Notes under the pieces: generated by a model
Seen by the model: the letters and a program-made list of their open reading frames with translations, nothing else
The model's database searches: none
What the model was told of the DNA's origin: nothing
Position numbers and translations under genes: made by a program
Shown here: piece by piece, positions 1 to 13,233 of the stretch
Numbering within the stretch: the first letter of the stretch is position 1
How the letters are laid out: every line of letters begins with the position of its first letter
From: Cyanophora paradoxa CCMP329
Taxonomy: Eukaryota; Plantae; Glaucophyta
Assembly: GCA_004431415.1 (NCBI GenBank)
Contig: QPMI01000158.1
Span: 1 to 64,000 of the forward strand
Reading direction: 5' to 3'
Length of the DNA stretch: 64,000 nucleotides

Positions 1-1350
1 TGCTCGAGCGGGATCGGGGAGGCGACGGCCTTGGCGCTGGACGCCGCGGGCTTCGAGGTGCTCGCAGGCGTCCGCAAGCAGGCCGATGCCGACCGCCTCG
101 CAGCTCGCGGCTCGCCCCGCCTGCACCCCATCATCCTCGACGTTACAAACGAGCAGGTCCGCCCGCGGCCGCACGCGCGCGCGCGCTACGCCTGCATCGG
201 GACGCTCGCTGAGTGTAGCGGCTGCGTCGCGCTTGCGCAGCACGTACGCGAGCTGCCGGCGAAGGTCGCGGCCGTTTCGAAGGGCGGCCGCGTCGGCGTC
301 GTGTGCAACGCGGGCATCGCGCCGCTCGGCCCCTGGGAGACTATGCCCGCCGAGGAGATCCGTCAGGTGTTCGAAGGTGCGGCCGCGCCGCCGCGCCGCC
401 GCCGGCCGCGGTGACGGGCCGCGAGCTAAGCGGGTGTCAGTGAACGTGTTCGGGCTGGTTTCGGTGACGAAGGCGCTGCTGCCGATGGTCCGCGAGACGA
501 AGGGCCGCGTTGTGCTCATAGGATCCGGTCCGTTCACCCCGAGCATGCGCGCCGGCGCCAGGAGCCACGTGCGAGTGGCGTCCTGCCCTATCGCAGTGGC
601 TGGCATCCTCTCCTCGGCGTTCATGGGCGCCTACTCGGCGACGAAGTTCGCGGTGGAGGCGATCGGAGACAGCCTGCGGCAGGAGCTGGCCCCCTTCGGC
701 GCCCACGTCTCCGTCATCCAGCCCGTGCGCGCCCCGGCCCGGCGCCCCGCCCGCCGGCTTTTGAACGCGAGCGAACGCGGGCAGGGCTTCATCACAACGA
801 ATATGACCGAAGGGGCCCTCATTGACAGCATCATAAAGAAGGCGCGCCTCCCCGGGCCCCGGCCCGCGCTGGGCGGCGCAGCGCGGCGGTGCGGCTGAGG
901 CCGGGCCCGGGCGCTTCAGGCGGTGGAGCGGAGCGGCCCCTACGAGGAGAGCGTGCGGCGGAGCTGGGCGCTGATGCGTTGGAGCATGGTGGACGCCTCG
1001 CCGCCCGCCCTCATCGCCGAGCACGTCCTGCACGCGCTCACCGCCCCCAGCCCCAAGCACCGGCGCGCCTCCCGGCCCCTCCCCTCCCCCGAGCGCGGGG
1101 CTCACGGCGGGCGGGGGGTACAGGTACCGCGACGGTTCCAAATCGGGCGCGGCCGCCTGCATGGCGTGCCTTCCCGTCCCGTGCTCCGACGGGTACGCCC
1201 CCTGCGCCCCCCCTCCCCCCCCACCCCCCCCCCCCCTTCTCCAGGGCCCGCAGCGCTAGCCCGCAGCCCGCCGTCCGGTACGTCCCCGCGCGCCGCGGCC
1301 CCGGGCGCGCCGTCGGAGCATCGATATCGTTTTATATTAATTATAATTAA
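1..1350 (+). CDS. Short-chain dehydrogenase/reductase (17beta-HSD/RDH-like), multi-exon, 5' end outside window
   Basis: Spliced exons give (G)CSSGIGEATA glycine-rich motif, NAG motif (VCNAGIA), VNVFG, catalytic YxxxK (YSATK) and VSVIQPGFITT; GT-AG and GC-AG introns. 3' end approximate. Confidence 0.9.
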
Positions 1351-1785
1351 CGTTCAACGCGTACGGTTCTCTCGGCTAGCGCGAATTCGAATGGTGCTCG
1401 AGCCGCGGACTCGCGTTTTATGCTCGAGGTCGAGTACTAGTACTAGTGGCGCCCCGCGGCCGAGCCTCGGAGTGCGGCGAATTCGAAGTGCCGCGCGCAG
1501 AGTGCACTTTCTTGGGGTACAGCAAGCTGTGCCTCGCGCTGAGCGGCAAAAGCTGACCGCCCAGCTCGTGTCACTTTGGTGCATAGATTACGACAGCTAG
1601 TTAGCTGAAGCCGCATCCGGAGCGCGCGCACTGCGGCAGCGGCGAATTCTCGTTGCAGAGACTAGCTGGTCGGGATCCCTCTAGATCTCCTCCGCGGCGC
1701 GCGGAAAGGTCAAAGCTGTGGTCGGTTTCAAGAGCTCGAGTAGCGCCAAGTGCGCCCGCGGTCGGGCGCATCAGCGAAAACAGGC

Positions 1786-4176
1786 ATGGCCGGCCCCATC
1801 CTCGGGGCCACCGAGGCGAAAGCCAGCCCCTCTGTGGTTCGTAGACCCGAATAAGGCGCTCGGCTGACTTGGGGCTCGCGCGCGCGCCGCCGCGCCAATG
1901 CCGTCCGCCGTTCGCTGTTTGAGCTCGGCGCTCATGCGGGCTCGCGCAGGTCCTCTTTTGGACGGTATCGTGGCTGATTGCCAACATGTGCACGACTCTT
2001 CTGAACAAGGTTCGCGGGCTTCGCGCTCTTAGAGCGCGCCTGAGGGCGCGCCAGACAACGCCGCCTCGGCCACAAAGCGAGCGCCGCCCGATCCCTAGAG
2101 GGCAATGATGCGCCCGCACAGCTGGGCACTTTCCGATCTCGAGTCGGCTTCTCTACCAACTTTCAAACTTGCGCAGGCGGTCTTCCACTCGCGCTTCGGC
2201 AGCTGGAAGTTCCCATTGACGCTCTCCGCGTGCCATCTGCTGACACAGGTGCACGCTCGGCGGTGCTCGGCCCCCGCGCTTCGAAATTCCGACCGTCCTC
2301 CCCGCAGGCGACGTTCACGCTTTTCTACGTGCGTGTGGCGGGCCGCGTGCAGCGGAAGAACGTGGATAGGCACGGCCGCGTGCTTCTGCTCTTCTTCGCG
2401 GCGCTCTTTGCAGCGAACATCGTCATGGGAAACAGCGGTGCGCGATCTGCGCCCGCCATGTGCCGTACCCATCTGCAGAGTCTTCCCTCGCCGACGCGCC
2501 GCGACGCGACGCAGGCCTGCGTTACGTCACGGTGTCCTTCAGCCAGATCTGCCGCGCCCTCGTCCCGACGATCACCGTCGTGCTGTCCCGATTCATCCTG
2601 GGCAAGACGTACCCCCTCGTGCGCCTCCGGGTCCCTCCCTCCCCCCCCGCGTCCGCCCGACCGTCTCGCTTGCGTACAGCGCGTCAAACTCTCTCTTATC
2701 CCAATCCTGGTACCCCCCTCCCCTCCCTGCCCCTCCCCCAGCCTCACCCCCCGCGCGCCCCAGATCGGCGTCTGCCTCGCCGCGTACGGAGAGCTCAACT
2801 TCCACATCCTGGTACCCCCTTCGCGCTGCGCGCGGGGAAACCGCCCCCCGCTGGATTCGAACGGGAAGGGGCGTCGCAGGGCTTCACGCTCATGATGGCT
2901 ACCGTGGTCCTGGCGTCCCTGAAGGTAAGGATCTGATCTGATCCGATCTGATCTGATCTGATCTGATCGATTCGATCGGGTGCAGGCCATCTACTCGAAC
3001 AAGTTCCTCACGGGGGCATACAAGCTCGAGGCGGGCACTCCCCCCCCCCCCACTTCCCCTCCCCTCTTGCCTCTCACCTCGCTGTACCCCCAGGCCTTCG
3101 ACCTTCTGGACCGCGTGACTCCCCCCGCGCTCCTCATGCTCGTGCCCTTCATCTTCGCGACGGGCGAGGCGGACCGCCTCATCGCGTGGCAGCCGAAGGC
3201 GAGCGAGCCGTCCCGCCCGCCCGCGCCCCCGCCGGTTCCCTTCCCGAACCCTCTACCCCCCCAGCGCGACGCGGCGTGGGAGGACCTGCCGTTCTGGGTA
3301 CCCCAGCGCCACGCGGCGTACATCCTGCTCTCCTGCGCGGCATCCCTGTGGCTCAACTACGCATCCTTCCGCTACAACCAGGCGCGCGCTCGCGCTCGCG
3401 CCGCCGCCGCCCCTCCTGGAACTCCTGCTCATGGCTGCGCTCTCCATCAGGTGACGTCCGCGCTCTCCATCACGGTGGCGGGCAACGCGAAGGAGGCGCT
3501 GACCATCGGTGCGCCCGCCCGCACGCGCCCGCCCTCGAGCTCCAGCCCCCCCGCGTTTGCACCGCTTGCTCGGCCGGGCCGGGCTGGCTAGCTGTCTCCG
3601 ATCCGTTGTGCCCTTCCTCTGCTCCCGCTGACTCCTCCTTTTTCCTTTCCCAACCCGGCGCAGTCGTCTCCGTCTTCGTTTTCAAGAACACCGTAACCCC
3701 TCTGAACCTCTTCGGCACGGTGCGCGTACCCCCCTGTCTTCCCCCCACTCCCCCCGCCCCACCCCCACCCCCCCCCCCCCCCCCCCCCCAACCCCCCACC
3801 TTTGTCGCCCCCTTCTTGCTGCCCCTCATCCCCCGCCAGGTGGTGACGATCTGCGGGAGCTGCCTGTACAGCTACCTGCAGTACCTGGAGATGACCCGCA
3901 AGGAGGTGCATGCGCACGAAGTCCAAGAAGCCGTACCCCCTTGGCTTGGCTGATTCTCGGCGCCCTCAGGTGGGAGGCGCCAAGCTGGCGGGCGACTCGA
4001 GCGCCGATCCGCCCTCGGGCGAGGCGCACCGCGCCCGGCGGCCGCCCGGCGGGGACAAGGCGCGGGCGAGCGGCTCGGCCTCCCCCGCGCAGCTCCTCGC
4101 AGGCGCCGGCTCGGGCTCGGGCGGCGAGCACCCGGCCACGGACCGAAGGCACCAGCGCAACGCGCGGGGCGCCTGA
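1786..4176 (+). CDS. Triose-phosphate/nucleotide-sugar transporter family (DMT/TPT) protein, multi-exon
   Basis: Exons: WLIANMCTTLLNK/AVFHSRFGSWKFPLTLSACHLL, LFAANIVMGN/LRYVTVSFSQICRALVP, VTSALSITVAGNAKEALTI, VSVFVFKNTVTPLNLFGTVVTICGSCLYSY; these match TPT-family helices. Confidence 0.85.
2929..2978. repeat. Intronic (GATCT)n microsatellite; also at 39158-39181 and 41137-41187
   Basis: gatctgatctgatc... seen directly. Confidence 0.85.
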
Positions 4177-4908
4177 CCGCTGCCGCCACCGCTAACGATC
4201 CCACCTTAGTACTAGTACTATTCTACCGATATCCAACTAGGCTTTCATGATCATGAATAGAGTATCCTATTGAGCTTCGGCTGGGGCGCCGCATCGGGTT
4301 GCTCCGGATCCGGCGCCCCATTCTGCTTCGCTGGAGTCTAGGTCACTGGCTGAGTCACTGCATTTCTCTTGCTCGATCGCGTCTCGTCGTTGATTTGCTC
4401 TCAGCCTGGCCAGTACGTATACGTCGACGTCCTGCCCCTACACGCGCGTGCGTCGCGCTTGCCGCGCGCAGTGCTCGTGGGTATCGGATCAGAGCCCCAG
4501 CGCTAGCGTGCAAGCATGCATGCGTGTGCATGCGGAGGCGCGACGTCGATGAATCCAGAGCCTAGGGGCCCGAGGGGCCCGCAGCATCGGGCGCGATCGC
4601 GAGTGGAGCTCGAGCCCCCTCGCGCCGACGGCTGGCCCCGCGACGCCAGCCCTGGCCACGCTGCTCAGGCGGCGATGGCCGCAGCCGCGGCCGGTTGATC
4701 CGCGGGGCATGCTTTGGTCGCTGCGCGGCGAGCGTCCTCGTCCAGGCGCTGCTGCTGTGTCGCCAGGCAACGAGGCGGTCCAGCCTGGCAGCACCCAAAA
4801 GCAGCGGCCGGCAAACCCAGCTCCGCGGACGGCAGTGGCAAGAGACGAACAGGGGCCTTTTGAACAGGGAAAGAAGCTGCACAGATCAGCTAAGACAGCT
4901 GGTGCTGT

Positions 4909-5580
4909 TTACTTCTTGGCCGCCGGCGCGGGGGCCGCAGGGGTCTTCGCCTGCGACTTGAGCACGCGCTTGACGATCTTCTGCTCCTCGATCAGGAAGG
5001 CGCGGATGATCCTGCGCTCTTCCAGTCAGCGGGGAGCGTGCGTGGTGGCGCGGCGCGACTCTGCCGGCAGGCGGCGGGGGCTCGGGGAGCGGGCGAGGCG
5101 CGCGGCTCACCGGTCGCGGACGCAGGTCGAGCAGCGGGAGCCGCCGTAGGCGCGCGAGACGGTCTTCTGGCGCTTGGAGATGGACATGTACTCCTTCGGG
5201 CGGAGGTGGGGGATCTGCGCCGGGCGGGCGGCTCAGGGATTGCCACGCCTGCCTGGAATATGCAACGGCCGCCGCCAGGACGCACGCCCTGAAGGCTCTT
5301 GCCGCAGTCGCCGCACTTGGGGCCCTTCGCGATCTTCTTCACATACTGGTAGGCGAGGACGCCACCTGCACACATCGGGATCAGCGACAAGCTCCGGTGC
5401 TCCGAAAGCTGATAGCCAGCGCACCGGGGGTCTTCACACTGCTCGCCAGAAGCGCGGATGCCGTGTTAGACAAGCCGGCGGGCGCGATCGCGGAGGGGTT
5501 GCGGGCGAAACGTACACCCGGACTTTGTTGGAGGTAGTCCGGTAGCTGTGGCGCCGGCGGTAGGTCAGGCGGTTCGACAT
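4909..5580 (-). CDS. RPL34: 60S ribosomal protein L34 (eL34), multi-exon
   Basis: [105 protein letters not shown]. Confidence 0.97.
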
Positions 5581-6016
5581 CGTGAAGTTCTAGACCCCTG
5601 TTATGGTACCCCTGGCGTCCGACGGTCAATGTACCCCAGCGAAGAGATTGCTGCTGGCTCGCGCGCGCTGCACGCGCGTTTTGAGTTCTTGTTGCTGTTA
5701 TTCTGCACCCATTGTTTGTTCTCGCAGCGTTTGCTATGTTCCCGCCAACTTCCCGGACGTTCATGATCACATGTACAGCCCTCATGCTCATGATCATCAG
5801 CCGCGCGTACTGAGCAGCCCTCAGTGTCACATGTCAGTCGTCACATGTCAGAGGCGACGAAATGGAGGCAGCCTGCGACGCTCCACTGAGGCCTTCGTCA
5901 TTCCGACTCAAATATTTCCAACGCGTACCCGTCATTCCGACAGGGCTGACCGCATCAATTGTTCAGGTTGTGAACTTTATCCTGGCGCGGCCTCTGGGCT
6001 CGCCTGCACGGCGGCG

Positions 6017-8435
6017 ATGTCAGATCAGCCGGGAGGTGACCGCGCTTCGCCCTGAGCACCTCGATCCTTCGCAGGCGTTGACCCCTGTACGCATGCGTAG
6101 CGTCCAATGCGGAACAAACGGCCTCCGCTCTCTCCCGAGTACCGGAGGAGGTCGACCGGGAGGAGGCGAGGAAGGTGTGCACCAGCGGCGTCAGGCTCGG
6201 AACCCCCGAACCGGCTGGCATCTTATCCCGCGCAGGAGCGGGAGCGCGAGGCGGCGCGAAGATTCAGGAGGAAGCGAAAGGAGATGATTGAAGCGCTTCA
6301 CGCGGACCGCGAGGTCGCTTCGATTCTGTGCCGAGCGCGATGTAGGTGCTGACGTTGGGCGGGGCAGGGGCTGGAGGCGCAAGTGCGCAGGCTAGCCGCC
6401 GAGAACGAGCAGCTTCGCCAGCAGAACGCTCAGCTGGAGCAGGCCCGCCGACTCAACGAGGGCGAGGATCAGGGGTGCGATCCGTGCCTGCGCGAGCGCG
6501 TGGCCGTGCCGGCCCGAGCGAGCGCCGCCGCAGAGCCCTGGAGCGGGAGCGCACCTCGGCCCTCGAAGAGCTGAAGAATCTCTTCTCCGGTCTGGGCGTC
6601 GCGCCCGGCGGCCCGGCGCAGGGCTACGAGAAGGCGGAGGAGCGCATCAACGACTCCAAGCGCCGGGCGCTCTTCCTCCTGCGGCGCTACGTGCGCTTCC
6701 GAAAGCGCACCCGCCCGCGCGCTGCGAAGCCGACGCCGACCGCCCGCCCGCCGCGCCGCAGATGATGGAGTTTCAAAGAGCGCTGCTGCCGGTGCGTCCG
6801 ATCCCCGCGAGCGAGCGCCGCGGGCCGCCTGCCCGGCCCAACGCGTCTTTCCGTCCAGGCAAGCCAAATCGAGGTCACGCTTCGCGTACTACGGAGCTGG
6901 GCGGGGGCCACCGGGGACCCGGCGGCCGAGGCCGTCGTCGGGAGCCTCGCCTCGTCCCTCCGGATGACCCCTGAGCAAACCAAGCAGTGCCAGAGGGTGC
7001 ATGTACCCCCTCCGCTCCATCTCCGCTCTCCTCTTAAGCCCGGCAGGTCGTCGCGGAGGGTCTCACCCGCATCGACGCCGTCCTCCCACGGCTCCGCATG
7101 CTCCGAGGCGCGAGGCGCGATCCCCCGCGCGCGTACCCCCCGCTGATTGCTTCCCCCCAGAGATCATCCTGGAGCTCGAGTCGATCCGACCCTCCCTCGA
7201 AAAGAACCTGTGCACGATCTGCAGCAGTACCCTGGGGGTGCGCGGGGCCTCCTGGGGTACATAGCACCCAGTCCTCGGACCGCTTACGGCCTGTCCCCGC
7301 GCGCAGCCGCTACGTCAGGCGATGACACCTTCACAGCGGGCCGCATTCGCCCTGTGGACCGAGAGCAACAGTGAGCTGTACCAACTCAGCGCCGCGCCGC
7401 GCCCACTGAGCCGCGCCGGGCAGCGACGCCGCTCGTGGGGCGGCTCCTGGGAGACGCCACGGCCGAGTTTCTGGCGCTTCTACCCCGCCAAAGGGAGCTC
7501 GCGCGGGCCCCCATGTGCATGCAGCAGGGCGCCGCCGCCGGCGGCGAGCAGATGCTGCCCGCCCTCGTCGCCTCCGGCGCCGGCCTGCCCCCCGCCGCCC
7601 GCCTCTCCGGCGGAGACGCCCCCTACGCTACCCCCGCAACCTCCGCCGCGCTCGCCGGCCGGCCCGTCCGCTCCCCTTTCGTCCCTGGGGCCCCGCGCGG
7701 CTCGGGCATCCCTTCCCCTTCCCCCGCCTCGGCCGTCTCGGCCGCCGCCGCCCTCTCCCCCCCGCAGCAGGCCCCGTCTCCCTTCCTCCCGCAGCAGTTC
7801 ACCCCGCCCGCGGAGCAGGGCACCAGCCCCTCTCCAAAGCCCGTGTCCCTCGAGGGGTACAGCCTCCATGTCGACGCCCTGGTACCCTTCTTTTCTCTCC
7901 TCTTTCTTTTTTCTTCTTTCTTCCCCAGTTCATCTCGCCGTACCCCCGCCAGGTCCGGGACGCTGTGAACAGAGAGCTGGGCCGCATGCGCAGTACGGCG
8001 CTCCCTCCGGACAACCTCTCCCCGGGCGGTTGCCCCGGGGGCGTCTGCGGCACCGGCCCCGCCGACCCCCTCGCCTCCTGGGCGGCCACGGCCCCCTTCG
8101 GGGCGTCTTCCTCGTGCTTCGCCCCCCCATGCTTCGCCCCCCCGGCGGGAGGTTCCGCGCCCGCGGACCACGTACCCGTCATCCTCAGCGGAATCGGCGT
8201 GGGGTCTCTGGGCCCCCTCGTGGGGGGGTCCGCCCCCCCCGGACTCCCTGAGAACCTGGGTACCCAGGCCGGGATGCTCCCCCCGGACCTCTCGGACCTT
8301 CTGACGGAAGCGGGCCCCCTAGGCCTCGCCCCGCCCCCCCTCCGGATGGATTCGGACGGCCCGCCCAGCTCGGGGGGTAGCACGCCCTCCGACCTCTCGG
8401 CTTCTCCCCACGACGACCCCCTCGATTTGAGGTGA
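6017..8435 (+). CDS. Putative bZIP-like transcription factor with Pro/Ser-rich C-terminus, multi-exon
   Basis: Basic region EREREAARRFRRKRKEMIEAL followed by heptad leucines (LEAQVRRLAAENEQLRQQNAQLEQ); canonical introns; stop at 8435. Confidence 0.6.
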
Positions 8436-9299
8436 CACACGGCTCTTTCCTGCAGCCCCGGCCCGCGCTCGTGGCCGCCTAAGAAGCTGTACAGGTCTTA
8501 AGAAAGCTAGTCAGCTCGTTCTATTTTGGAGGAGCCGGATAGATTCTGGAAGAGCCCCTAGGCCTCGTGCTTGCCGTGTATTAGTTCAAGCCTGCAGCTG
8601 CTTAGCGTCCATTCTCGCTAGACAGCATATTCGGCAGTTTATCAACAAACCCCCCGCCGCCGAGCCGCCTAGCTATAGTAGCTCGGCCTGCGCAGCCGCT
8701 TAACTTAGTAACCTTCAAGCCTTGAAGCTTGCAATTGTGAGAAGTCATGTCGATCCATGATCTTGACACTGTGGCAGAAACCTATGTGTACATGTTGATC
8801 TAAATTCCTATCCGCCTAGCTGCGCGTGCGCCAGCCAGCCTGGCAGCGCTGCTCATGATCAGCGGCTGCTCAGCAGACGCACCCGTAGTGCCAGGGCTGT
8901 GGCCATGGTGCCGCAGTGCCACGGTGGTCGACTTGGGAGCCTCGGGGCTCGAGCTCCGAGGCTCGCGAAACCTCGGACTCCGGGAGTCCAACTCAGTGAC
9001 TCGGGCATCGATATCATGTATACTATATGATATGCATGGCATGATCACAATCATGAGCAACCCGGTGACCCAGGCCTAGGCCTGAGCCACCTAGGCCTGC
9101 CCCGGGCTCCCCGATTGACAGTGCGAAGGCGGGAAACCAGCGAGTTCGAACTACTCTTTGACCATGAACTCATATCTTCGGACTAAATGAGTCTGCTAAC
9201 TAAATAGAGCGCGGTGCATGAACAAATCACGCGTAAACTATACTCATCTAGCGGTGCCGATAACAGGATAGGAGCAGAAAGAAACGAATTCGAAAGGTT

Positions 9300-10867
9300 C
9301 GTGCTGCATGGAAAGGCGCGTTACATATGCGCTATATTGCATTGGCCGGGAGAGACTGCGTGGCGGGGAGGACGGCGGGCGGCGGGTCGTCGGGGTGGGG
9401 GATGGATGCGGCTGTGGCGGAATCGAGGGAGAGGGTACGCTGGGACCGGGTGGAAGAGGGGTCTGGGAGGGCAAAGGCGTCGCCGGCGGGGAGGGGGGAG
9501 GGCCCCGAAAAGGAAGCCCGCGCTGCGGGCGAGACCTGCGGGACCGTCCCAGTCTCCGGGCTGCGCGGCGACTGGCCGCGGAAGGAATTGGCCCGCTTTT
9601 GGCTGCGGGGCGGGGCGGGGCGGTCAGGGCAGCAGCAGCGGAGCGGCGGGCTGGGCCGGACCAGATCAGGTGGGCGGGCGGCTGCCCCGTTCGGAATCCG
9701 ACCTTGATGAGACCGTCTGCCGCTTCCATAGAGAGCGAGTAGCGGTCGCCGTTGGCTGCAACTGCCGGCGGAAATGAGCGCGGCGGCGAGCCGAGCGGGA
9801 GCGGAAGAGCTACCGGTCCGGACGGACGCTCTCCTAGCCGAAGGCGCGGCGTTCGATCCTCCCTCGCCTTGCGTCATCCCCGCGATCCCTCCGCCGGCTG
9901 CGCGCTCGCCGCCAGCCGCGGCCTCTCGCATTCGGAACATGTCCGCTGCGGAGAGCGGCCGCTGGCGGTGCTGTTGCGATCTGCGCGACTGTGAGGACCG
10001 GTGCACCGCCGATGAGATGAGAAGAAGCAGCGCACGGAGTCGGGCCCCGCGCGGACGCCGTTTGCGGCTTCTCTTCAGGCTGCAAGGTGGCCAGCGGGGG
10101 CGGGGGATGCCCGGCGTTCTCCTCCTGCACGCATTTGAATTGAGTCTCCGAGATGAAATCGAGGCAGCGTGCGTAGGAGCGTCGCTCACGTCTGTTCGGG
10201 GTGTGGAAGGCGCAGATAGGCTTCGCCGCCGCCCGGTCTTTGGATCCGTGTGCGAGACCGTCAAGCGCAGTTTAAGTATCTCCCGCAACTGCAACACGAC
10301 CGGTTAGGCACTGCAGTGCAACGCCAAGCGGGGCTCGCGCACTTTACTATCTTCGTCGGGTTCGCCATCCGAGAGCGCTTCGTCCTTGTGGTCGATCTTG
10401 TCGAGGCCTCGTATCCGAGCAAAGGAAGAACGCCGACGAGGCACAGCAGGCGCGGAAGGACTGGGCGGCAAGGCCACGGCCGCGTCGGGCGGCGGATGGG
10501 GCTTGTCGTCGAGCAGCGGTCCGATGGAGTGGATTTCGTCGGCCGGCGGCGGCGGCACCGACGGCGACGACAATGCACGCTGCGAACGTCCGCGAGAGGG
10601 AGAGGTTGTGGGGGGCGGGGGGTTCGGTGGAGGTGCGGGGTTGCGGGAAGAAAGCAGCCGTGTGATTGAACCGAGCGGGTCGGCGAAGCCGCCAGTTGGA
10701 GAGCCTGCACTTGCTGCATGCTGCAGAGAGGGCGCTTTCTCGTCGATGCTGGGCCTCTTGGCCGGTGGTGCGCTGCTGGCGCCTTGCATAGAACCGGCTA
10801 TGCGTGAGAAGGGGGCAGGCGAGGTCATCATGCCTCCGCCGTTCTCTACGGACACTACGGTGCTCAT
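9300..10867 (-). CDS. Hypothetical Ser/Pro-rich protein, multi-exon; 3' end uncertain
   Basis: ORF MSTVVSVENGGG...DEALSDGEPDEDSK ends at a GT donor; next exon VVLQLREILKLRLTV. No recognisable domain. Confidence 0.35.
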
Positions 10868-11709
10868 GTTGTCAGCGGCGCTGGTGCATGTTGGCGCAGA
10901 TCCTCGAAAGCTTCCTGCTGGGGCAGCTATGCTTCCAGCAGCTTCAGAACAAACCCCACCAAGACCTCCGCCCTTGACGCGCCCCCGCAGCCTCACGGTT
11001 TCCCCCTAAACCTGGTGCAAGCCTGCAACCCCCGGGCGCGGCTCGAGCCTCTGCGCGGGGGGGTACAACCTGGCTGGACGATCGAACACACTCGCGCACG
11101 ACCGACCCGTACGGTAATCCACTTGAAATTCCCGAATCGGTCGCGATCGAAGCCAAAATTTAAAAGTGGACCCCCAGCTGCAGCAAACTTCAGAACCGTT
11201 TTGAACGCGTACGATACTACGCGTACGAGTGCGGTACCTAGCACTACCGTGTATAATGGGTCCGTATTAATGTTAGAATCGAATGCGCACCACTTCCATC
11301 ATGGCATTATGACTCAATTTATGAGTTGCATACTAGTACTTAAGCTTCTTGTCAAGTTCTTGAGCTTCGAAGTGCTTCCAAACTTGGCGCGGGCGCGGGC
11401 GCGCCGCACCGGCCCGCGCGCCGCGCCGGCCCGCGCGCCGCGCGCGGTTTGCTGAGGGCGGCCGAGGTGCTTCGGCATTGCGCATGCTTGAGCTCGCGCC
11501 GCCTAGCCTAGTACCGCGGACCCCATCTAGATCTAGATTCCAGATCTAGATCGCGTGGCAGCGGCGCCGGCCGCGGCCCCGCATCGTCGCTGTCGGACGT
11601 CGGTCCCTTTCAGCCGCAAATTGGTTTAAACGCACTGTAGATCTAAAGTTCTAAAGCCTGGGGGTTTTCGGCCGCCAATAAACGAAACCAGGAAGGACCC
11701 GACGATGGT

Positions 11710-13233
11710 CTAGAACAGCTTCCTGGCGACAGTCATGCCCTCCAGGGTCGGGACGAGGACCGAATCGTACTTCGAAGGGTCCGCTAGCCTTCGGTTGAAC
11801 TCCTGCACCGTTCGCGTACGCGTACCCCCCGTCAGCCCCAGGGAAGGGGCCGGGGCGGGCCGGGCCCGCCTGCATCGCGTGGAGCCCGTCGAGGAATGCC
11901 CGCTCCCCCTTTTCCGGCCTGTCGCCGGGCGCCGCGTCCTTGTACGCCCACCCCTTGCCCTCGGGCGACGGCACCTGGCGCGGGCGTGAGGGGGCCGGGG
12001 CCGGGTGGGTACGCGTACAGGAGAAAGGAAGAGCGGGATAGGGCCCACCAGCTCCCTGTGGACCTGCCCGAAGTAGTACGTGTTGTCGCCGACAATCAGG
12101 CCGCCCTTCCGGACGTGCTTCTCCGCCCAGTCGAGGTACTTGGGGTACCCCTGCGCCTCTCGTCGCCCAGGGGAAGAGAAGGGAGGGGGGGTACGGCGGA
12201 CCTTCTTGTTGGCGTCGATGAAGACGGCGTCGAAGGGGCCCTCGCCCTCGATTTCCGCGAGCCGCTGCTGCGCGTCCCCGAGCATGATCGTCGTCCTGTC
12301 CGCGACCCCGTACTGCGCGCCGCGCGCTCGGATTCGATCCGGACATTTGATCCGGGGACGCGGGGCCCCGCACGGCTTCGAAGAGCTCTGCGGCAGCCTC
12401 CGCATGGACAGCCGTGGTCTCAAATGTCCACAGGCGGCCCTCAGGCGCGGGGGGCAGAGCCGAGGCGATCCTGCGAGCGGGGAGAGCGTGGCGCCGGACG
12501 GTGTTCGAAGCGATGAGGCATCGAAGCGCAAATGCAAGGATCATTACCAGCAGCCGGAGTAGCCGAACACTGCACGGCGTCGATGAGCGGGGTTTGCAAA
12601 GAAGAGCGGCGGGTTTCAAACGGGGGGCGCACGAGTCCCGACCTCAACGGCCTTGCGCGTGCCTTGCAGCTTCAGAAGCAGCGCGAGAATCTTGCCCTCG
12701 TGCGCCGTCAAGGAAATGGCCGGAATGCCTGCGCGGTGGGTGGCGTCAAGGCGCGCATTGTCCGAATCAGTCTAGCTATAGATCTGCAAAGCAGCGGGAG
12801 CGCGCCTTTCGCCTCTGCGGCCACCCTCGCAGCCGCGAGCACTTTCGGCTCCTCTGCGAACAGCTGTGTGGCACGCGTGACGCGAATTCCGCTCGCGTCC
12901 GTAGGGTCGATTGCGTACGCGCTCGGCCCATGATTCGGTCTCTTGCGATCGCCCTGGGCCGAGTCCTGCGATGGATTTTCATCTCAGCGAAGCTCCGTAT
13001 TACGCGGAGACACAACGCAGGAAGAGTGGCGCACCCGATCGCATGGTCATCCTGCCGCGACTTGGGACGGCCGCCCAGCGGGGGGCCTGGCATCTGCTTT
13101 GGACGCCGAAGCGCTTGCGGCCTCCTACCGAGTGCGTGGTGAGCACCGCTCGCGCCTGGCCGACAGCGAGCGCCGCTGGCTGGACGCGCTGCGCTGCGCC
13201 CGCGAGCACCCCGCACGCCGCAAAGCCAGCCAT
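11710..13233 (-). CDS. Class I SAM-dependent O-methyltransferase (CCoAOMT/MdmC-like) with putative plastid transit peptide
   Basis: Exons: GIPAISLTAHEGKILALLLKL, AVEVGT/LCGYSG, GPFDAVFIDANKK/GYPKYLDWAEKHVRKGGLIVGDN, EFNRRLADPSKYDSVLVPTLEGMTVARK; N-terminal MAGFAACGV extension. Confidence 0.88.

Noticed and set aside
1320-1450. Cloning-vector polylinker contamination
   Set aside because: Palindromic sites occur in all intergenic regions, in no vector-like order, and arise as paralog-specific insertions.
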